The translations under genes and the position numbers were made by a program. Under the pieces are notes generated by a model. It did no database searches and was not told where the DNA came from. It saw only the letters and a list, made by a program, of their open reading frames with translations. Positions 20,305 to 29,602 of a DNA stretch of 64,000 nucleotides are shown piece by piece. Position 1 is the stretch's first letter. Each line of letters starts with the position of its first letter. The stretch lies in the NCBI GenBank assembly GCA_965203485.1, contig OZ241892.1, positions 1,952,001-2,016,000 of the forward strand. Direction: 5' to 3'. Origin of the DNA: Longimicrobiales bacterium (GTDB taxonomy: Bacteria > Gemmatimonadota > Gemmatimonadetes > Longimicrobiales > Gaopeijiaceae).

Positions 20305-21579
20305 TCACGAGCGCCGAAGCGTGCCCACCAAGGGGTAGTGGTCGGACCCGAACGCATCGTCCAGTCGCCGACAGTCGCAACGCCAGCCCTCGGGCAACGC
20401 AAACAGAAGATGGTCCGAGCGGCGAAGGAAGCCGCCGACTTCGAAGCGGTGGGTGGGACGCGGGTCGGGCGCATGCGGGTGGGGGAAGCGTCGGCGGGCC
20501 AGCTTGTACGCGGCTTCGCGGCGGCCCAGCGTCCAGGTGTTGAAATCGCCGCCGAGAGCGAAGATCCGGGGCGACTGGACGGACGCCCAGGGTGCGCCGA
20601 AGGCGCTGGCGCCGACGGGAAGCATGCCGTCCTCCTCCAGCGGACGGAGCCACCCGAGCATCGTGAGCGCTCGAAGCAGTCCGGCCATCTGCCGCGCACG
20701 CGCACGGCCCAGACTTCGCCAAGCGCGACCCCAGGGAGCCCGATTGTCCAGATGCACCGAGCAAAGACCGACGCGTTCGCCCCCGATCTCCACCTGCGCC
20801 GCCACCGCGACTCGGCGTTGCCGCTCGAAGGGCAGTTCGACGGCCAGCGGCGACGTCAGCGGCACGTTGGCGACGATCGCGTTGCCCCGGTCCTCCTGGA
20901 CGGGCTCGGCCCCCGCTTCGCGTGTTCCGTCCCCGTCGCCGACGCGTCGAACGCCGTTGCGCATCGAGGGCACGTACACCAGCGACAATCCTTCCTCTCT
21001 CGCAAAAGCGACGACGTCGGTGCGATCCTCGCCGGGCGGGCGATCCGCGATCCGGTCGGCCCAGGACCACCGGCGCGCAGGGCCGTCCCTGCCCAAGGCG
21101 AACTCGGCGCGCGCGGAAGGCTCCGCGGGCACGGCGGCTTCTGCAACGGGCACGTGATCTCCAGCGGTGAAGACCTCTTGCAGGAGCGCCGCAACCGGGC
21201 CGCCCGATCCGCCGCGCTCGTCCAGCAGTCTCCGCCAGAACGCTCGTAGCGCCCCGCCGCCCGTGCGAGCGTTCCATGCAACCGCCACGAGAGGCGGGCC
21301 CGCTTCGGAAGCGCCGCCGCCCTCGGCAAGCCATGCTGGTCCAACGGCGGCGCGCCAAGTTCGGATCTGGTGAAGATCGGCTTCCGACGCGGCGCTGGTC
21401 CAAGCAACGCCTTGGCGGCCGCTTCGTCGCTCGGCAACGCCTTCGCCGCACGTTGCGCGACCCTGGGCGTCCACCGTCAGGCACCATGATTGGATCAACG
21501 GCGCGGCTCCTGCCCGTGTTGGCACGCGGCACCCCCGTCGGCAAGGGTAGATTGTTCGTCGGCCAGCCTTCTGAACCAC
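20305..21579 (-). CDS. Endonuclease/exonuclease/phosphatase family protein
   Basis: VAWNA, LLQEV, GNAIVA, SVHLD, GGDFNT, DHL, GSDHYPL. Start uncertain. Confidence 0.8.
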   Translation of the reverse strand: MVQKAGRRTIYPCRRGCRVPTRAGAAPLIQSWCLTVDAQGRATCGEGVAERRSGRQGVAWTSAASEADLHQIRTWRAAVGPAWLAEGGGASEAGPPLVAVAWNARTGGGALRAFWRRLLDERGGSGGPVAALLQEVFTAGDHVPVAEAAVPAEPSARAEFALGRDGPARRWSWADRIADRPPGEDRTDVVAFAREEGLSLVYVPSMRNGVRRVGDGDGTREAGAEPVQEDRGNAIVANVPLTSPLAVELPFERQRRVAVAAQVEIGGERVGLCSVHLDNRAPWGRAWRSLGRARARQMAGLLRALTMLGWLRPLEEDGMLPVGASAFGAPWASVQSPRIFALGGDFNTWTLGRREAAYKLARRRFPHPHAPDPRPTHRFEVGGFLRRSDHLLFALPEGWRCDCRRLDDAFGSDHYPLVGTLRRS

Positions 21580-21701
21580 GCCCGCTCCCCATCGTCCGAC
21601 GGAAGGCTTTCGCGAAACAATATGCTCCGAAACGCGCTCGACGCCACCCGCCGCGCAATCCCGCACGCGCCGATCCTCGATCGCAGATCCGCCTTCGCAA
21701 C

Positions 21702-23312
21702 ATGATCGGCGGCCCGAAGATCCCTGTCGTGCTGATCGTCTGCGACGGTTGGGGCGTGGGCGCCACCGACCCAGCCGAAGCCGAACGACAGGGCGACGCG
21801 GTCGCGATCGCCCGCACTCCCGTGCGACGCCGAATGCTGCAACGATGCCCGTGGAGCCTAATCCGCACATCCGGCGAGGCGGTGGGGCTTCCGCATGGCC
21901 AGATGGGCAACTCCGAGGTCGGCCACCTGAACCTGGGAGCGGGGCGCATCGTCGCGCAGGACGTTGCGCGCATCGATCAAGCGGTCGAGGACGGCAGCTT
22001 GGCTCGCCTTCCCGCGCTGGAAACCCTTGCCGACGCGTTGCGGCACGGCCGAGGCCGGCTCCACTTGGCGGGGCTGTGCTCGGACGGCGGCGTCCACAGT
22101 CACGTGCGCCACCTTCGCGCTCTCATGGACTGGGCGGACTCGGCCGGGTTGCCGGTGCGCGTCCACTGCATCACCGACGGACGCGACGCTTCGCCCACCG
22201 CCGGGCTGAGCTGGATCCGGCGAATCGAAGCCTGGACGAGCGCGATGCGCGACGGTCGAATCGCCAGCGTCGCCGGACGCCACTACGCCTTGGACCGCGA
22301 TCGGCGTTGGGGGCGAACCAAGCGAGCCGTTCGAGCGATGAACGCCGGCCTCGCGCCCCGTGCGGCGTCCGCCTCCAGCTTCGTGCAGGCATGCTACGAC
22401 GCAGGTCCGCGCCGAGCCGGCGGCGGCTTGGGCGACGAGTTCCTTCCACCCGTTGTCGTCGGCGGCGGCGGCCGGAGCGCCGTGGATCCGCCGGGCGTGC
22501 TCCCCGACGACGGACTCCTCTTCTTCAACTTCCGGGCCGATCGCATGCGCCAACTGTTTGCCGCCCTGGCGGACGCGGACTTCGGCCGTTTTGCCCGCTC
22601 GCGCCCGCCGTGCCGCCACGTGGTCGCCATGACCCGCTATCGGGACGACTTCTCCTACCCCGTGCTGTTTCCGCCCCAACGGCTCGAGAACGTCCTGGGC
22701 GAGACGCTCGCGCGCGCGAATCGGACGCAGCTTCGCATGGCCGAGACCGAGAAGTACGCCCACGTCACCTACTTCTTCAACGGGGGCGACGAAGCGCCGT
22801 TTCCGGGCGAAGATCGCGAGATGACGCCGTCTCCCGAGGTGGAGACCTACGACCTGAAGCCCGAGATGAGCGCGCCCGAACTCACGGACGCCCTGCTGAA
22901 GCGGCTGAACGAACGGCGGCACGACTTCGTGCTGGTGAACTACGCCAACGCCGACATGGTGGGCCACACGGGGAAGATCGCCGCCGCGGCGAAGGCCGTA
23001 GAGGCCGTGGACCACTGCGTGGGCCGCATCCTGGAGCGCGCCGCCGGCTTGGGCGGGACCGTTCTCGTCACCGCCGACCACGGCAACGCCGAGCGCATGC
23101 TGGACGAGCGGGGACGTCCCTTCACCGCCCACACGACGGGGCCGGTCCGCTTGTTCCTGGCGGTGCACCGCGGCGAGGAGGGAGGCGCCGGCCGCTTCCG
23201 GCTCCGCGACGGCGCGCTGGCGGACGTGGCGCCCACGGCGCTCGATCTCATGGGAGTCGCTCGCCCGCCCGAGATGACTGGAAGGAGCCTGCTGGCCCGG
23301 CCCGGGGAGTGA
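21702..23312 (+). CDS. gpmI: 2,3-bisphosphoglycerate-independent phosphoglycerate mutase
   Basis: DGWG, GQMGNSEVGH, SDGGVHSH, DGRD, FNFRADR, AETEKYAHVT, DMVGHTG, TADHGNAE. Confidence 0.96.
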   Translation: MIGGPKIPVVLIVCDGWGVGATDPAEAERQGDAVAIARTPVRRRMLQRCPWSLIRTSGEAVGLPHGQMGNSEVGHLNLGAGRIVAQDVARIDQAVEDGSLARLPALETLADALRHGRGRLHLAGLCSDGGVHSHVRHLRALMDWADSAGLPVRVHCITDGRDASPTAGLSWIRRIEAWTSAMRDGRIASVAGRHYALDRDRRWGRTKRAVRAMNAGLAPRAASASSFVQACYDAGPRRAGGGLGDEFLPPVVVGGGGRSAVDPPGVLPDDGLLFFNFRADRMRQLFAALADADFGRFARSRPPCRHVVAMTRYRDDFSYPVLFPPQRLENVLGETLARANRTQLRMAETEKYAHVTYFFNGGDEAPFPGEDREMTPSPEVETYDLKPEMSAPELTDALLKRLNERRHDFVLVNYANADMVGHTGKIAAAAKAVEAVDHCVGRILERAAGLGGTVLVTADHGNAERMLDERGRPFTAHTTGPVRLFLAVHRGEEGGAGRFRLRDGALADVAPTALDLMGVARPPEMTGRSLLARPGE

Positions 23313-23568
23313 CGCTCGGACCACGCTGCCGCCCACACGTCCCCGCGCGCCGGTTCCTGCGTACGGCTCGGCGTACGGCCCCGGCCCTGTCGTGCCTTGT
23401 CCCCGGCGCGGGGGCCCCGTGCCCGTCGGATGCACCGCCTCCGTCGCAAGAGGAGGTTGCCGATGCGGCGTCCGGCGTGATAGCGTGTTGCGTCGGCAAC
23501 GAACAGTCGGCACGCCGAGACGGGCAGGGCGACGAACCCGGGCGCCAACGCAAATCAGGACACGCCGC

Positions 23569-24405
23569 TTGAAAGAGTCCAGCAGCCGCCCGGCCCCCGC
23601 GGCGGAATGCGCCGCCCCGGAGGAGACCGACTCCCCCGGTTACGAGCGGGCCGGAGCGAACCGCTGGCCGGGCGGGGCGTTCGCGCGAGCAACCGACCGG
23701 CTGACCGGCGCCCTGGGGCGCTTGGTGTCGTGGTTGGTGCTGGCCATGGTGCTCATCGGCGCCTACAACGCCGTGGTCCGCTATCTCGGCCGGTTCACCG
23801 GCGCCAACCTGAGCTCCAATTTGTATCTGGAGCTTCAGTGGTACCTGTTCTCCCTGGTCTTTCTGCTCGGGGCCGGGTACGCGCTCAAGGAGAACGCCCA
23901 CGTGCGCGTGGATGTCTTGTACGGGCGGCTGGGCAGGCGCGCGCGCGCCTGGATCGACGGGGCCGGCGCGGCGCTCATGCTGTTGCCGTTCTGCGTGTTC
24001 CTGCTGTGGGTGTCTTGGCCGTCGGTGCACAATTCCTGGACAATCCGAGAGGTGTCGCCCGACCCCGGCGGCCTGCCCCGCTATCCGCTGAAGGCCGTCA
24101 TCATCGTCTGCTTCGTGCTGCTGATGGCGCAGGGACTGGCCCAGTTGGCGAAGGACGGGAGCGTGCTGCGAAGGCGGCCCGCGGCCCACGGGAGCAACGG
24201 GGACGACGGCGGAGGGGACGCCAAGAGGGCCGGGGCGCGCGGCGGCCGCGCGAGCGCCGAGAACGCGCACGCCCCATTGCAGCGGCCCAGAGGACGACGC
24301 TTCCCAGACGGTTGCGGCCAGGGCGCGGACGGTGGGGACGGTGGGGACGGCGGCGCCCGCAAGCGTGGACGCAACGGCGGCTCGGGCGACGGAGTTGGTC
24401 CGTGA
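23569..24405 (+). CDS. dctQ: TRAP transporter small permease DctQ
   Basis: ELQWYLF, HVRVD, E.SPDPGGLP and four TM helices; G/R-rich C-terminal tail. TTG start inferred. Confidence 0.88.
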   Translation: MKESSSRPAPAAECAAPEETDSPGYERAGANRWPGGAFARATDRLTGALGRLVSWLVLAMVLIGAYNAVVRYLGRFTGANLSSNLYLELQWYLFSLVFLLGAGYALKENAHVRVDVLYGRLGRRARAWIDGAGAALMLLPFCVFLLWVSWPSVHNSWTIREVSPDPGGLPRYPLKAVIIVCFVLLMAQGLAQLAKDGSVLRRRPAAHGSNGDDGGGDAKRAGARGGRASAENAHAPLQRPRGRRFPDGCGQGADGGDGGDGGARKRGRNGGSGDGVGP

Positions 24406-25730
24406 TGGACGGAAGCGTCTTGGCGCCCCTGATGTTCGCGGCGGTGTTTCTGATCATCTTCAGCGGCTATCCGGTCGCGTTCGCTCTGGGCGGCGCATCG
24501 CTGATCTTCGCGTTCGTCGGCGTCGAGCTCGGCTACTTCGACTGGAACCTGCTGTACGCCATGCCGGAGCGGATCTTCGGCGTGATGTCGAACTACGTCC
24601 TGCTCGCCGTTCCCTTCTTCATCTTCATGGGACTCGTGCTCGAGAAGGCCAAGCTGGCCGAGGACCTGCTGACCACGATCGGGGCTCTGTTCGGCCGCCG
24701 CGCCGGCGGGTTGGCGCTCGCGGTCGTCTTCGTCGGCGCGATGCTGGCGGCGGCCACGGGCGTCGTGGGCGCCTCGGTCGTCGCGATGGGAAGCATCTCG
24801 CTACCGGTAATGCTGCGCTACAGGTACTCCAAGCACCTGTCGTCCGGCGTCATTCTCGCTTCGGGCACCCTCGGCCAGATCATCCCCCCCAGCATCGTGC
24901 TGGTGGTGCTCGCCGACCAAATGGGCATCTCCGTCGGCGACTTGTTCGTCGGCGGGCTGGTTCCCGGCCTGATGCTCGCCGGCATGTACGCGCTCTACGT
25001 GATGGGCGTGGCGGTCGTCAAGCCGTCCGCGGCGCCCGCATTGCCTCCCGAGATGACCGAAGTCGCCTTCCGCGCGCTGCTGCGCCAAGTCGCCTTGGTT
25101 CTCATGCCTCCCCTGCTCCTCATCCTGATCGTGCTGGGCTCGATCTTCGCCGGCGTGGCCACGCCCACCGAGGCCGGTGCGATCGGGTCCGTCGGCGCCA
25201 TCGTCCTGGCCGCCGCCAGAGGCCGCATGAACATCGCCGTCCTACGCGACGCCTGCCGCGACACGACCAAGCTCACCACGATGGTCATGTTCCTGCTCAT
25301 CGGCTCCACCGCATTCGCCCTCGTCTTCAGGGGCCTCTACGGCGACATCTGGATCGAGAACCTCCTGACGAACCTGCCGGGCGGCAAAGTGGGACTGCTG
25401 CTGGTCGCCAACTTGGCCATCTTCGTTCTCGGCTTCTTCCTCGACTTCTTCGAGATCGCGTTCATCATCATTCCGCTCCTGGCGCCCGCGGCGTCCCTGC
25501 TGGGCATCGACCTCGTCTGGTTCGGCGTCATGATCGGCATGAATCTGCAAACGTCGTTCCTGACGCCCCCCTTCGGCTTCGCGCTCTTCTACCTTCGCGG
25601 CGTCGCTCCTCCGACCGTAAAGACGACCGACCTCTACCGCGCCGTCGTCCCCTTCATCGTCATCCAGCTTGTGGGCCTACTCGCCATCGTCCTGTGGCCC
25701 CAGCTCGTGACCGGACTGCTCGGACGCTGA
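24405..25730 (+). CDS. dctM: TRAP transporter large permease DctM
   Basis: GYPVAFAL, LLAVPFFIFMG, GTLGQIIPPS, ATPTEAG, TSFLTPPFG. Confidence 0.95.
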   Translation: MDGSVLAPLMFAAVFLIIFSGYPVAFALGGASLIFAFVGVELGYFDWNLLYAMPERIFGVMSNYVLLAVPFFIFMGLVLEKAKLAEDLLTTIGALFGRRAGGLALAVVFVGAMLAAATGVVGASVVAMGSISLPVMLRYRYSKHLSSGVILASGTLGQIIPPSIVLVVLADQMGISVGDLFVGGLVPGLMLAGMYALYVMGVAVVKPSAAPALPPEMTEVAFRALLRQVALVLMPPLLLILIVLGSIFAGVATPTEAGAIGSVGAIVLAAARGRMNIAVLRDACRDTTKLTTMVMFLLIGSTAFALVFRGLYGDIWIENLLTNLPGGKVGLLLVANLAIFVLGFFLDFFEIAFIIIPLLAPAASLLGIDLVWFGVMIGMNLQTSFLTPPFGFALFYLRGVAPPTVKTTDLYRAVVPFIVIQLVGLLAIVLWPQLVTGLLGR

Positions 25731-25775
25731 TCTCACCAAGACGCGCACATTCCCGGCGTGCCGCACGCAACCAGG

Positions 25776-26258
25776 CTAGCCTGTTTGCGGTCTTCGCTTT
25801 GGAGCGGCTTCCCCCTCCGTCCGTCGCCGTACGACGGCCTCCACTTCGTTGGCCGCTTGTTGCGGGTCGCGGCGTACATCCGATTCCCACATTCGAACGA
25901 CGATCCAGCCGGCGGCCTGCAACGTTGCCGTGACGTCGTCGTCCCTCTGCATCCGTCTGCCGAACTTGGCAATCCAGTAGGCTCGATTCGGCGTCTTGAG
26001 CCGTCGCTGGAGGGCGGCTGGCCCCTTCTCGCGCAGAACGCGGGCATGCCAGTAGTCGCCGTCCACGAAGACCGTCACCCTGGCTCGCGGAAACACGATG
26101 TCGGGCTTGCCCACCAATCTCGGATCATTTTTCCTGAAGCGGAGCCCGCGCCGATGCAGCAACGAGCGCAACGCGACCTCCGCCTTTCCGCCCGTGCTGC
26201 GGATCGCCGACATGTTCCTGCGAACCTCTTCGCGAGACTTCGGCCTGTACTCGGTCAT
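25776..26258 (-). CDS. vsr: Very-short-patch repair endonuclease Vsr
   Basis: RNMSAIRS...E..LR..L...GLRFR, GKPDIVF, FVDGDYWH, YW..K, GW.V.R.WE. Confidence 0.92.
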   Translation of the reverse strand: MTEYRPKSREEVRRNMSAIRSTGGKAEVALRSLLHRRGLRFRKNDPRLVGKPDIVFPRARVTVFVDGDYWHARVLREKGPAALQRRLKTPNRAYWIAKFGRRMQRDDDVTATLQAAGWIVVRMWESDVRRDPQQAANEVEAVVRRRTEGEAAPKRRPQTG

Positions 26259-26267
26259 TCGCCGAAC

Positions 26268-27110
26268 TTACGCGACGAGGTCGAGAGGCAGGTCGGCGAT
26301 GTCCCTCAGCCGATTACCCTCGACCATGGTGGACAGCGTATCCCGCGCGTCGTTCCACTCGGAATCGTCAAGTGCGGCAAGCAATTCGTTGAGTGCAATG
26401 TGGTAGGTGCAGTCGATCTCCCCGGTGCCGATCGCGATGGAGGCCAACCGGCTGGGCAGGGGCTCGGCAGTAACCACTGCTATGTGAGGCGCTCTGCCCT
26501 TTCGGTTCCTAAGGAGATTGAGCGCCTCCGCTCGGGCGTTCTGGCTTCGATCGCTGCGAATGGTCCATTTGCAGGATATGCTGGCGTGCAAGGCATGCAC
26601 AGCGTTGTTGGTCAAACGCAAAGGAGACAGTCGAGCGGTTTCTTCGTCGACGATCGAGGCGCCCGCGTTGATGTCCTCGTCGGATTCCGGCGCGCGCGCG
26701 ACCACGATGTCGGGTCTGATGATGTAGTCTCCGCCCAAGGCCGCGGCCAGTTCCGCATTTTCGGAAGTTGCCTTTCGAAGGGCCGTCAAATGGGCGTACT
26801 GCTCAAATTCGGAAATGGCCGATCCCGGTGCGGTGCGCAACTTCCCCGGCCGAAAGTGTCGCATTGCTGGCAGAACATTCGAAAGAAAGTCAGCGACGCA
26901 GCGCTCGAAGTTCCTGCCTGCGGCCGAACCCGCCAGGCGCCGCCGGGGCGACGAAACGCCTGCCGCCTTGGCAAGGGCCGCACCGATGGCTACGCTGTGG
27001 CGGTTGCCGCTGTCCGAGTTGCTGGCGACGCCATCACGCATCGACCACAGCCCGGCTTGGAGGCGCTGATGAAAGTCCCGTCGTGCCGTTGCCAAGAAGG
27101 CGGACGTCAT
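26268..27110 (-). CDS. NgoMIV-family type II restriction endonuclease
   Basis: EFEQYAHL, DYII.PDIVV, LHASISCKWTIRSDRSQNAR.EALNL.RNRKGR.PHI.VVTAEP.PSRLAS.A.GTG.IDC.YH. Confidence 0.92.
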   Translation of the reverse strand: MTSAFLATARRDFHQRLQAGLWSMRDGVASNSDSGNRHSVAIGAALAKAAGVSSPRRRLAGSAAGRNFERCVADFLSNVLPAMRHFRPGKLRTAPGSAISEFEQYAHLTALRKATSENAELAAALGGDYIIRPDIVVARAPESDEDINAGASIVDEETARLSPLRLTNNAVHALHASISCKWTIRSDRSQNARAEALNLLRNRKGRAPHIAVVTAEPLPSRLASIAIGTGEIDCTYHIALNELLAALDDSEWNDARDTLSTMVEGNRLRDIADLPLDLVA

Positions 27111-28090
27111 GCCAACTGGTATTCGAGTTCATTCTGGGCGTCCACGATCGCCGACTGCCGACCTTCGAGTGCCTGGGCGATGGATCGGCCGACCGCGCTG
27201 GCCACCGGGGGCGGCAGGGCGTTGCCCACCTGCCGGTAGGCCGCTGTCTTGCCGCCCCGGAATTGCCACGAGTCGGGAAAGCCCTGAAGGCGGGCGGCCA
27301 TTCTGACGGTGAGCCGCGGCAACGACGCCCCGGGGAAGGACGGGCCGGGGGCCGACTCGGCTAGAGAGCGACCGTCCACGCCGAGCTTCCGCCACGCCGC
27401 CCGAGCCCGCGTGGGTCCCAGGTCCGCGCCGCCGTGCCTCTTGGAGCCGCCCACGAGCGTCGGGGCGATGCCGTTGGCCCGGGCGGCCCAAGCGCGGGCC
27501 TCGGGCCACCCGTTCTCGGCCATCAGATCCTCCAAGCTTTCTCCGACCGACATCCTCGAAGCGTTCGGCGGCGGCCACGCGAAGAAGGGCGCGCAGCGTT
27601 CCCGAAGAGCCACGAGCACGAACCTGGGACGCAACTGCGGGACGCCGAAGTCGCACGCGCTCAGCACCCGCCAATCGACGCGGTACCCGAGCGACTCCAG
27701 TCTGGACGCCAGCAACGCGCGGTAAGGCCGGAATCGCCGGGACGCGAACCCCGGAACGTTTTCCATGAAGACGGCCTTCGGTCCAGTCGCTTCGATCAAG
27801 CTCATCGCCACCGGAAAGAGATCGCGGTCGTCGGCGGCGCCCAGCTGCTTGCCCGCCACGGAAAAGGGAGGGCACGGAACGCCGCCGGCGAAGAGGTCGG
27901 CGCATGCGCGGCCGACGGGCTCCAAGTCGCGCACGTCAGCTTCGATCACGGGCCACTCCGCCCGATTGGCTCGCAACGTCTCGCAGGCGTGGAGGTCGTT
28001 GTCGACCAAGCCGACAGCCTCGAACCCAGCGGCCTCGAGACCCAAGGCCATGCCGCCGGCGCCCGCGCACACTTCGAACACGGTGGGCAC
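27107..28090 (-). CDS. DNA (cytosine-5)-methyltransferase, cognate of the NgoMIV-like REase
   Basis: Motif I CAGAGG, catalytic GGVPCPPFS, ENV, Q.RPR, APTLVGGSK.HGG.DLGPTRA, RLQGFPD, YRQVGNA. ATGA overlap with the REase. Confidence 0.95.
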   Translation of the reverse strand: MPTVFEVCAGAGGMALGLEAAGFEAVGLVDNDLHACETLRANRAEWPVIEADVRDLEPVGRACADLFAGGVPCPPFSVAGKQLGAADDRDLFPVAMSLIEATGPKAVFMENVPGFASRRFRPYRALLASRLESLGYRVDWRVLSACDFGVPQLRPRFVLVALRERCAPFFAWPPPNASRMSVGESLEDLMAENGWPEARAWAARANGIAPTLVGGSKRHGGADLGPTRARAAWRKLGVDGRSLAESAPGPSFPGASLPRLTVRMAARLQGFPDSWQFRGGKTAAYRQVGNALPPPVASAVGRSIAQALEGRQSAIVDAQNELEYQLA

Positions 28091-28106
28091 GACGCGGCCT
28101 CTCCCT

Positions 28107-29582
28107 CTACCGAGTCTTGACCGAGAAGTTGCCGTGCACGCTCAGGCGGACTACGCGGCCGTCCGCGCCGCGATGGAAGACGTACGCCTCCCCGAGCTCG
28201 CCGTCGTCCCGCACGCGGCGAAAGACGTCGGCGTCCCCTGCCTCCTCTTGCTTCAGCTCGGCCAGGGCAGCGAGCGGATCGCCGGTGGGCAACCGCACCG
28301 CGGCCAACGCGCCGTCCCAGCGCAGGACGGCGGTTTCGCCCCAGTCGGACTCGTACAGTCCTTCGAAGTCCGCCAGGTCCTCCCGGCGAGGCGGAGCTCC
28401 GCCGGGATCGTCGCGAACAGCTTCGACCGCCGAGCCGAGCACCTTCGCCATCCGCGCCCACACTTGGTCCGGGCTCGTGCCCTGCGCGTTGATCATCACC
28501 ACGCCCGCGAGCCTGCGGTCGGGAAGGAGCTGCAACGTCGAACGGAATCCGGGACAGCTGCCGCCGTGGCCGACGGTGCGCTCTCCGTCCCGCTTCGACA
28601 CGGCGAAACCGAGTCCCCACATCGTCTCGAAGTCCGGATCCACCCAGTGGACGCGGTGCATCTGGCGCAACGTGCTGGCCGCGAGCACTTCGGCGCCGCC
28701 GTCCTCCAGCAACCGGAACTGCCAGGACGCGAAACGGGCCAAGTCCTCGACGGAAGAAGCGAAGCCGGCCGCGGGGGCGATCCCATGGGCCCGGAAGAAG
28801 GGCGCCCGCTTGCGCTCGCCGTCGCGCCGCAACCGCGCGTAGCCGGTGGCCAAGCGGCCGCCTTCGTGCTCGGCCGGGATGTCCGTGTAGGTGTCCGTCA
28901 TGCCGAGAGGATCGAGGATGCGGGTCCGCACGTATTCGTCGTAGCTCGTGCCGGACGCCCGCTCGACCAGCTGTCCGGCCAGCGCGATGCCCAGGTTCGA
29001 GTATTGGAAGTAGCGGCCGGCGGGATAGAGCGTCTCCTGCCCGGCCAGGCCGTCCACGACTTGCTCGCGCGTCGGAAACCGGTAGTCGGGTCCCGTCCAA
29101 TAGGGATGAGCCGATTCGCGCGGGAGACCGGACGAGTGCGTCAGCATCCCTTCGACGGTCACCGCCGCGCTCCCCGCATGGGCTTGCTCGACCGCGAACC
29201 AGGGCAGGTGGTCCGCCACGGCGTCGCTCAAGCGAAGCTTGTGCTCGTCGCGCTGCTGCATGACGCCGACGGCCGTGAACAGCTTCGATATCGAGCAGAT
29301 CGAGTACAGCGTGGACGGCATCGCCGGGACGCCGTCCTCCGGGTGCGCGTAGCCATAGCCCTTGGCCCACACGAGTTCCTGATCGTGCACGAGCCCCACG
29401 GACATGCCGGGTATCTTCTCGTAGGCCATCTTGGCGTCCAGCCACGCCTCGAACAGGGCTTCGGCCTCCACGAAGCGCGCGTCCGCGAGCATGTCGCCGG
29501 AAGGGACGTCTTGGGCCGCGCCCCCGGCCAAGGGCGCGAGCAGCGCCGCAACAACGAACGCAAGCCGGGATCTGTCGCTCAT
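28107..29582 (-). CDS. Secreted serine hydrolase (beta-lactamase class C/PBP-like)
   Basis: Signal peptide; SISK (SxxK), LTHSSGL, YSN, HGG. Confidence 0.9.
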   Translation of the reverse strand: MSDRSRLAFVVAALLAPLAGGAAQDVPSGDMLADARFVEAEALFEAWLDAKMAYEKIPGMSVGLVHDQELVWAKGYGYAHPEDGVPAMPSTLYSICSISKLFTAVGVMQQRDEHKLRLSDAVADHLPWFAVEQAHAGSAAVTVEGMLTHSSGLPRESAHPYWTGPDYRFPTREQVVDGLAGQETLYPAGRYFQYSNLGIALAGQLVERASGTSYDEYVRTRILDPLGMTDTYTDIPAEHEGGRLATGYARLRRDGERKRAPFFRAHGIAPAAGFASSVEDLARFASWQFRLLEDGGAEVLAASTLRQMHRVHWVDPDFETMWGLGFAVSKRDGERTVGHGGSCPGFRSTLQLLPDRRLAGVVMINAQGTSPDQVWARMAKVLGSAVEAVRDDPGGAPPRREDLADFEGLYESDWGETAVLRWDGALAAVRLPTGDPLAALAELKQEEAGDADVFRRVRDDGELGEAYVFHRGADGRVVRLSVHGNFSVKTR

Positions 29583-29602
29583 CGGGTCTCCTTTGGTTCT
29601 CG

